Origin: Actinomycetaceae bacterium
GTDB taxonomy: Bacteria; Actinomycetota; Actinomycetes; Actinomycetales; Actinomycetaceae
Length of the DNA: 54,519 bases
Reading direction: 5' to 3'
Assembly (NCBI GenBank): GCA_017934115.1
Contig: JAGBKC010000025.1
Location: 1-54,519, forward strand
Under the pieces are notes generated by a model, which did not search any database, had not been told where the DNA came from, and was given only the letters and a program-made list of their open reading frames with translations. Position numbers and translations under genes: made by a program. Below are positions 48,742-54,519 of the stretch, in pieces; the first letter of the stretch is position 1; every line of letters begins with the position of its first letter.

Positions 48742-50331
48742 ATGAGTGCACCATTTATTGTGTGGTCAGCATTAGTGCCGCTTTTGATTGTCCTTGGTGG
48801 CGGTGTTGTTGGCCTTTTGCTTGAATCTTTTGTGTCACGCCGTTTGCGTCGCCAGGTTCAGTTGATTTTCACTCTTTTGGTTCTTGCAGGAGCTATTGCT
48901 GCTTTGGCATGGAGAATTATTGAAGCGCGTGCTGGGCATGCTGCAGGAAATGTTATTTCTAGTGCTGATAGTGTTACAGGGGCAACCGCATTTGTTGAAG
49001 ATATGCCGGCCTTGCTTTTCCAGCTTGTGATTTTAGTATGTTCTTTCTTTGCAGTTCTTGTGATTGCTGATCGTACTGCTGCTCGCGATGGTTCTTTGGT
49101 AGCTGCTGCGGCCGCTGTTCCTTTTAGTGCAGAAGAGCGTGAAACAACAAAGGCAGGATATTCCTTGACTGAAGCATATCCGCTTGTATTGTTCTCAGTT
49201 GGTGGCATGATGTCTTTTGCAAGTGCAAACGATACATTGACCTTGTTTGTTGCCCTTGAACTTCTTTCGTTACCGCTGTATGTTCTTACAGCTGTTGCGC
49301 GTCGTCGTCGTGCATTGAGTCAAGAAGCTGCTATTAAGTATTTCTTGCTTGGTTCTTTCTCTTCGGCGTTCTTCCTTCTTGGTGCGGCGTTTTTGTATGG
49401 GTACAGCGGAAGTACAGCTTTCGCAGTTCTTTCATATGCTCCTATCGCTAACATTACTCAAGGTCAGGATGCGCTCCTCATTCTCGGTTTTGTTCTTGTA
49501 ATGGTTGGTTTGCTCTTCAAAGTCGGTGCAGCTCCCTTCCATTCATGGACGCCTGATGTTTATCAAGGTGCGCCAACACCAATTACTGGTTTTATGGCTG
49601 CTGGCACAAAGATTGCCGCTTACGCCGCTTTGATACGCATTACCTTTGCAGTTGGCCATAATATTAAGGCGGATATCCAACCATTTATGTGGGTCGTTAT
49701 TATTGTGACTATGCTGGTTGGTACCGTTATGGGGATTGTCCAAACTGATGTGAAGCGTATGTTGGCATACTCTTCAATTGCACATACAGGCTTTATGTTG
49801 ATAGCTGTTATTTCTTTCCAAGTATCCTCTATTCCTGCTTTGATCGTTTATTTAGCAGGTTACGGCTTGGCATCAGTTGGTGCTTTTGCTGTGGTAACAC
49901 TTGTTCGTAAACGCGGCGAGAATGGTGAAATACTTGGTGAAGCAACGGATCTTAATAGTTGGAAGGGATTGGGTAAGCAATATCCAGCACTGGCAATTTC
50001 GATGCTGATTTTCTTGCTTTCCTTCGCAGGTATTCCGTTGACTGCAGGATTTATTGGTAAATTCATGGTCTTTACTGCTGGTATTCAAGATGGTATGACG
50101 TGGCTTGTTGTTTTGGCCATTATTTCTTCGGCTGCAACAGCATTCTTCTATTTCCGTCTTGTGAAGTACATGTTCTTTGAAGAACCTGATACTGAAAATA
50201 CAGTGATTGTGAAATCGGAAGGTTTCACTTTCGTAGCCATTGCCTTTACTGCTTTTGTGACTATTTTGTTAGGAGTCTTACCTAAAGCAATTATCACTTT
50301 ACTTGAAGGTGTGGCAGAATTTGCACTGTGA
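48742..50331 (+). CDS. nuoN: NADH-quinone oxidoreductase subunit N
   Basis: Antiporter-like subunit (KVGAAPFHSWTPDVYQGAP). ATG 48742 is preferred because of its spacing from GGAAGGA; the track ORF starts at GTG 48730. Confidence 0.92.
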   Translation: MSAPFIVWSALVPLLIVLGGGVVGLLLESFVSRRLRRQVQLIFTLLVLAGAIAALAWRIIEARAGHAAGNVISSADSVTGATAFVEDMPALLFQLVILVCSFFAVLVIADRTAARDGSLVAAAAAVPFSAEERETTKAGYSLTEAYPLVLFSVGGMMSFASANDTLTLFVALELLSLPLYVLTAVARRRRALSQEAAIKYFLLGSFSSAFFLLGAAFLYGYSGSTAFAVLSYAPIANITQGQDALLILGFVLVMVGLLFKVGAAPFHSWTPDVYQGAPTPITGFMAAGTKIAAYAALIRITFAVGHNIKADIQPFMWVVIIVTMLVGTVMGIVQTDVKRMLAYSSIAHTGFMLIAVISFQVSSIPALIVYLAGYGLASVGAFAVVTLVRKRGENGEILGEATDLNSWKGLGKQYPALAISMLIFLLSFAGIPLTAGFIGKFMVFTAGIQDGMTWLVVLAIISSAATAFFYFRLVKYMFFEEPDTENTVIVKSEGFTFVAIAFTAFVTILLGVLPKAIITLLEGVAEFAL

Positions 50332-51326
50332 GTATTTCTTTCGGTGATGGTCCTTTAGTTGAACGCTTAAAGAGGCGTATGGATAAAGTAGAGTCGCTTC
50401 TGCTTGATAATGTCGTTCTCGACGATCTGCAGATCGACTCTACTTTATTGCATTTAGCTAAAGCAGGGGGGAAGCGTATCCGTCCACTTTTGGTGTTATT
50501 AACAAGTGAATTAGGAGCAACTCCTGAATCGCAAGATGTCTATGATGCCGCTGTTCTTGTAGAGCTGACACATTTGGCTTCCCTTTATCATGATGATGTG
50601 ATGGACGATGCTCCATCTCGTCGTGGTGTCCCATCAGTGCATAAAGAATACTCAAATATTGTGGCTATTTTAGCTGGTGATATCATTTTTGCACGCGCTT
50701 CTCATATTGGTGCATCTCTAGGTGAAGAAATGGTTCTTCTTCATGCGGATACTTTTACGCGTTTGTGTCAGGGACAATTACATGAAACAATGGGGCGTAC
50801 AGCTGGTCAGTCCTCTTTTGAACACTATATCTCTGTATTGAGTGATAAAACCGGATCCCTTATTTCTGCTGCTGCACGCTCTGGTGTTATTTGTTCAGGT
50901 GGAACACCCGAACATGCTGAAGCTGTGGGGCAATGGGCAGAACGTATTGGTGTTGCTTTCCAACTTTCCGATGATGTCATTGATATTTTTGCGTCAGCTG
51001 AAACAAGTGGAAAAACACCGGGAACGGATTTGCGCGAAGGTGTCGATACTATGCCGATTATTTTTTTGCGTCAACAAGCAGAAAAAGGCACTATTGATGA
51101 GCAGGGGCAAGAAATTCTTGATCTCCTTGCAGGTGGTTTGAATACTGACGCCGATGTAGAAAAAGTCATCGCTCTTTTACGTCAACATGCAGTTGTGCAA
51201 CAAACTTTAGATTTAGCTCACCAATGGGTCGATGAAGCCGAAAGTTTCTTAAATGCACTGCCAGATGGGGATGTGAAAGAAACGATGAAAAATTTAGGGC
51301 GTGAGTTAGTAGATAGAAGTTGTTAA
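50328..51326 (+). CDS. Polyprenyl diphosphate synthase (trans-isoprenyl, menaquinone tail; GrcC1/HepT-like)
   Basis: 332 aa with DDxxD motifs LYHDDVMDD and QLSDDVID. The GTG start overlaps the nuoN stop (GTGA). Confidence 0.88.
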   Translation: MSISFGDGPLVERLKRRMDKVESLLLDNVVLDDLQIDSTLLHLAKAGGKRIRPLLVLLTSELGATPESQDVYDAAVLVELTHLASLYHDDVMDDAPSRRGVPSVHKEYSNIVAILAGDIIFARASHIGASLGEEMVLLHADTFTRLCQGQLHETMGRTAGQSSFEHYISVLSDKTGSLISAAARSGVICSGGTPEHAEAVGQWAERIGVAFQLSDDVIDIFASAETSGKTPGTDLREGVDTMPIIFLRQQAEKGTIDEQGQEILDLLAGGLNTDADVEKVIALLRQHAVVQQTLDLAHQWVDEAESFLNALPDGDVKETMKNLGRELVDRSC

Positions 51327-51385
51327 AACTAAATAAGGTAGAATTTACAAACATAATGGAATAGAAGGCATAGAGGGGTTTTATC

Positions 51386-54196
51386 ATGAAGATTATCGAC
51401 AAGATTTTGCGAGCCGGTGAAGGTCGCACTTTAAAAAAACTTAAGAAAATTACGGAACAGGTCAATGCTCTTGAATCAATTATGGAAGAGATGAGCGATG
51501 AAGAGCTCAAAGATCAAACTCGTTTATTCAAAGAACGCCTTGCTGATGGTGAAACCCTTGATGACATCTTGCCTGAAGCATTTGCAACAGTGCGAGAGGC
51601 ATCAAAGCGTGTGCTTGGCCAGCGTCATTATGATGTACAGATTATGGGGGGCGCAGCGCTCCACTTTGGAAATATTTCCGAGATGAAAACAGGTGAAGGT
51701 AAAACTCTTGTTGCTACTTTGCCATCGTATTTGAATGCTTTGACAGGTGAAGGCGTGCACGTTGTTACGGTTAATGATTATCTTGCTTCGTATCAGAGTG
51801 AAATTATTGGGCGCGTTTTTGAATTTCTTGGCATGAAAGTAGGTTGTATTCTTACTTCGCAAACACCTCAAGAGCGCCGCAAGGAATATGAAGCTGATGT
51901 TACTTATGGTACTAATAACGAATTTGGCTTTGATTATTTGCGCGATAACATGGCAATGGATGTGGAGTCATGTGTGCAGCGTGGTCATAATTTTGCCATC
52001 GTTGATGAGGTTGATTCTATTCTTATTGATGAAGCGCGGACGCCTTTGATTATTTCCGGCCCTGCTGAGGGTAATGCTGAAGAATACTATCGCCAATTTG
52101 CCGATTTAGCCTTGCGTATGAAGCGTGATACCGATTATGAAGTAGATGAAAAGAAACGTACTGTCGGTATTCTCGAACCAGGTATCGATATCGTAGAAGA
52201 TCATTTTGGTATTGATTCTCTTTATGAGGCTACGAATAACCCAATGATTTCTTATCTTAATAATGCTATCAAGGCAAAAGAGTTGTTTGAGCGCGATAAG
52301 GATTATATCGTGCAAAATGGAGAAGTTCTGATCGTTGATGAGCATACGGGACGTGTTTTGCCGGGCAGGCGCTATAACGAAGGCTTACATCAGGCCATTG
52401 AAGCAAAAGAGCATGTTGAGGTGAAGGCTGAAAATCAGACTCTTGCCTCCGTTACTCTTCAGAACTATTTCCGTTTATATAAGAAACTTTCTGGCATGAC
52501 GGGTACTGCCGAAACAGAAGCAGGAGAATTTGCCTCAACCTACGATTTAGGTGTTGTTCCTATTCCTACACATCGACCTGTGCAACGTAAAGATTTGACT
52601 GATCTTGTTTATGCAACACATGCAGCTAAATTGAAGGCTATCGTTGCAGATGTCAAAGAAACGCATGAAAAAGGCCAGCCTGTTTTGATTGGTACGACAT
52701 CAGTGGAAAAATCTGAAGAGCTTTCTTTGATGCTTCGCCGCGCAGGTGTTCCTCATAATGTTCTTAATGCGAAAGAGCATGAGCGTGAAGCTAATATCGT
52801 TGCAGAAGCAGGTCGTTTAGGGGCTGTTACAGTAGCAACGAATATGGCAGGTCGTGGTACAGACATCATGCTTGGTGGTAATACAGAATACCGCGCTAAG
52901 CAAGCTGTTGAAGCTCTTGGTATCAATTCTGATGAAAACCCCGATGAATACAATGCTGCCTGGCAGGCTGCTTTGGCTCAGGCGAAGGAAGATGTGAAAC
53001 AAGAACATGAAGATGTTATTGCTTTAGGTGGTTTGTATGTCTTGGGCTCTGAACGCCATGAGTCACGCCGTATTGACAATCAGTTAAAAGGTCGTAGTGG
53101 GCGTCAGGGGGATCCTGGGAAATCTCGTTTCTATATTTCCTTAGAAGACGATTTGATGCGTTTGTTTGCTTCTGTGGCAGTTTCTGGTTTGCGTGCTGCT
53201 GCTGAAGCTGAAGACGCACCTATTGATATTAAATTGATGTCGAAAGCAATTGAGCGCGCTCAAACTCAACGAGAGGCTGCTCATGCGGAAATCCGCAAGA
53301 ATGTCTTGAAGTATGACGATGTCATGGATGAACAGCGAAAGATTGTTTATGGTGAGCGTCGTGAAATTCTTCAAGGTAAAGACTTAGAATCAACCATGCG
53401 TTCTTTCCGACATTTTGTGGTTGAAGATGTCGTTATGAGTCACACTGAAGATGGTCATTCAGATGATTGGAATCTCGAATCTTTATGGATCGATTTGCAT
53501 TCGTATTACAAGCCAAGTATGACGGCTGCGGAACTTGTGGAAGATAAGGGCGGTATTGGTCGCCTTGAACGTGATGATCTTATCGATGAATTAACCCGCG
53601 ATATGGATTATGTTTATGAAGATCGCGAAGAATTGTTCGGTTCAGAAACGATGCGTGAAATCGAACGAGTTGTTGTGTTGAATGCTTTAGACCGTAAATG
53701 GCGTGATCATCTTTATGAAATGGATTATTTGAAAGAAGGAATCAATTTGCGTGCTATGGCTCAGCGTGATCCTTTGATCGAATATAAGCATGAAGGTTAT
53801 GACATGTTCCAAGCGATGAATGACAGTATTAAATCTGAGGCTGTTCAGATTATTTTCCGTGCTGAAACTCCGCAAGAACGTGAAGAACGACTGCAAAAAG
53901 AAATGGAAGCTGCCCAAGCGCAGGCACAGCAGCAGAAGCAAAAACGTAAAGTTGCAACAACGATGGCGATGGGTGGTCCCGTTCCTAACCTTCCTACGAA
54001 TGAACAAATTTTAGGTATTTCGCGTCCTGTGAATGCTGCAATGACGTATACATCTGCAGCTAAGAATTCATCTGAAGGTACTCAGGCAACTGATGCGAAT
54101 GGACGTGCTGTGCGTCAAGCTAATAGCCCTGCGCGAGATGGAATGAATCGCCAGCAACGCCGTGCGATGCGCAAACAACAACGCAAAAATTCATAA
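51386..54196 (+). CDS. secA: Preprotein translocase ATPase SecA
   Basis: 936 aa with [33 protein letters not shown] and [10 protein letters not shown]. The basic C-terminal tail has no zinc-finger cysteines. Confidence 0.97.
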   Translation: MKIIDKILRAGEGRTLKKLKKITEQVNALESIMEEMSDEELKDQTRLFKERLADGETLDDILPEAFATVREASKRVLGQRHYDVQIMGGAALHFGNISEMKTGEGKTLVATLPSYLNALTGEGVHVVTVNDYLASYQSEIIGRVFEFLGMKVGCILTSQTPQERRKEYEADVTYGTNNEFGFDYLRDNMAMDVESCVQRGHNFAIVDEVDSILIDEARTPLIISGPAEGNAEEYYRQFADLALRMKRDTDYEVDEKKRTVGILEPGIDIVEDHFGIDSLYEATNNPMISYLNNAIKAKELFERDKDYIVQNGEVLIVDEHTGRVLPGRRYNEGLHQAIEAKEHVEVKAENQTLASVTLQNYFRLYKKLSGMTGTAETEAGEFASTYDLGVVPIPTHRPVQRKDLTDLVYATHAAKLKAIVADVKETHEKGQPVLIGTTSVEKSEELSLMLRRAGVPHNVLNAKEHEREANIVAEAGRLGAVTVATNMAGRGTDIMLGGNTEYRAKQAVEALGINSDENPDEYNAAWQAALAQAKEDVKQEHEDVIALGGLYVLGSERHESRRIDNQLKGRSGRQGDPGKSRFYISLEDDLMRLFASVAVSGLRAAAEAEDAPIDIKLMSKAIERAQTQREAAHAEIRKNVLKYDDVMDEQRKIVYGERREILQGKDLESTMRSFRHFVVEDVVMSHTEDGHSDDWNLESLWIDLHSYYKPSMTAAELVEDKGGIGRLERDDLIDELTRDMDYVYEDREELFGSETMREIERVVVLNALDRKWRDHLYEMDYLKEGINLRAMAQRDPLIEYKHEGYDMFQAMNDSIKSEAVQIIFRAETPQEREERLQKEMEAAQAQAQQQKQKRKVATTMAMGGPVPNLPTNEQILGISRPVNAAMTYTSAAKNSSEGTQATDANGRAVRQANSPARDGMNRQQRRAMRKQQRKNS

Positions 54197-54204
54197 AATT
54201 AAGT

Positions 54205-54237
54205 AAAAAAACGGGAGTCGCGACTCCCGTTTTTTTA
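54205..54237. terminator. Bidirectional rho-independent terminator after secA
   Basis: A7, the palindrome ACGGGAGTCGCGACTCCCGT (54211-54230), then T7. Confidence 0.85.
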
Positions 54238-54241
54238 CTTT

Positions 54242-54519
54242 TTATCCAATATCTAAAGCAGTTACCTTCCATGTGCTGCGGGAAAATTCCATGCGTAATG
54301 CGATTGCTCGCAGGCGAAGTCCGTCGTGAACAATGGCGGTAATTTCAGCAATGCGAGGGCGTATATAGGAAATATGGATGTTCTTGAATCTGGTTTTTAA
54401 GCGGATGTCTCTTTTTCCCTGTGTACGCATAGCCAGAGCCGCGCGCCGTTGCAGAACACCGTATACATCTGCTGTAAACCAGTGACGTAATTGCATAGGG
54501 GAGCGGTGTCCTGAAAGTA
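54242..54519 (-). CDS. Rv3235-family hypothetical protein, C-terminal part (the reading frame stays open to the window edge)
   Basis: ...QLRHWFTADVYGVLQRRAA...IAEITAIVHDGLRLRAIALRMEFSRSTWKVTALDIG resembles the conserved actinobacterial protein encoded convergently next to secA. The frame has no stop between 54497 and 54519, so the true start is probably outside the window. Confidence 0.55.
   Translation of the reverse strand, partial: LSGHRSPMQLRHWFTADVYGVLQRRAALAMRTQGKRDIRLKTRFKNIHISYIRPRIAEITAIVHDGLRLRAIALRMEFSRSTWKVTALDIG

Overview
This is a chromosomal window from a moderately AT-rich actinobacterium. Gene content and order are typical of Actinomycetia: PAC2, ClpS-DUF2017, an Rv1339-like MBL hydrolase, a class-II HelD, MenJ-like reductase/nuoA-N/polyprenyl synthase, an Rv3235-family gene next to secA, and many GTG/TTG starts. 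I do not attempt a species call. Most of the window is core housekeeping. It contains the end of rpoB, rpoC and the str operon (rpsL-rpsG-fusA-tuf). A minus-strand block carries helD-like, serA, an acyl-CoA synthetase, an SDR and a Zn-ADH. Further genes are PAC2, a sulfide:quinone oxidoreductase, pncB / clpS-DUF2017-murI-MBL, menE-menB, an HtrA-like protease, a complete 14-gene complex I operon nested between menaquinone-tail genes, and secA. The accessory part is a visibly more AT-rich island of about 4.2 kb wedged directly behind the tuf terminator (about 8.96-13.1 kb). It holds a DinJ/RelB-YafQ toxin-antitoxin pair and a three-gene GATC-type (DpnII/MboI-like) restriction-modification system in the order M1-R-M2. 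The best lead is that M1, the Dam-class methylase, is split by a run of 8 G exactly inside its SAM-binding motif while the endonuclease is intact. This points to a slipped-strand phase-variable switch, with the unusual second methylase (motif order I then IV, HPPY catalytic motif) presumably covering self-protection. Other observations: near-identical copies of the tuf terminator bracket the TA cassette; unannotated small ORFs lie in the island; RpsL carries Arg (CGT) at position 88; CsoR/CstR-like inverted repeats sit upstream of sqr; and the acyl-CoA synthetase has a 4 x 14-residue tandem-repeat tail. I found no tRNA/rRNA genes, CRISPR arrays or transposases. All family calls come from reading motifs by eye; no searches were run.
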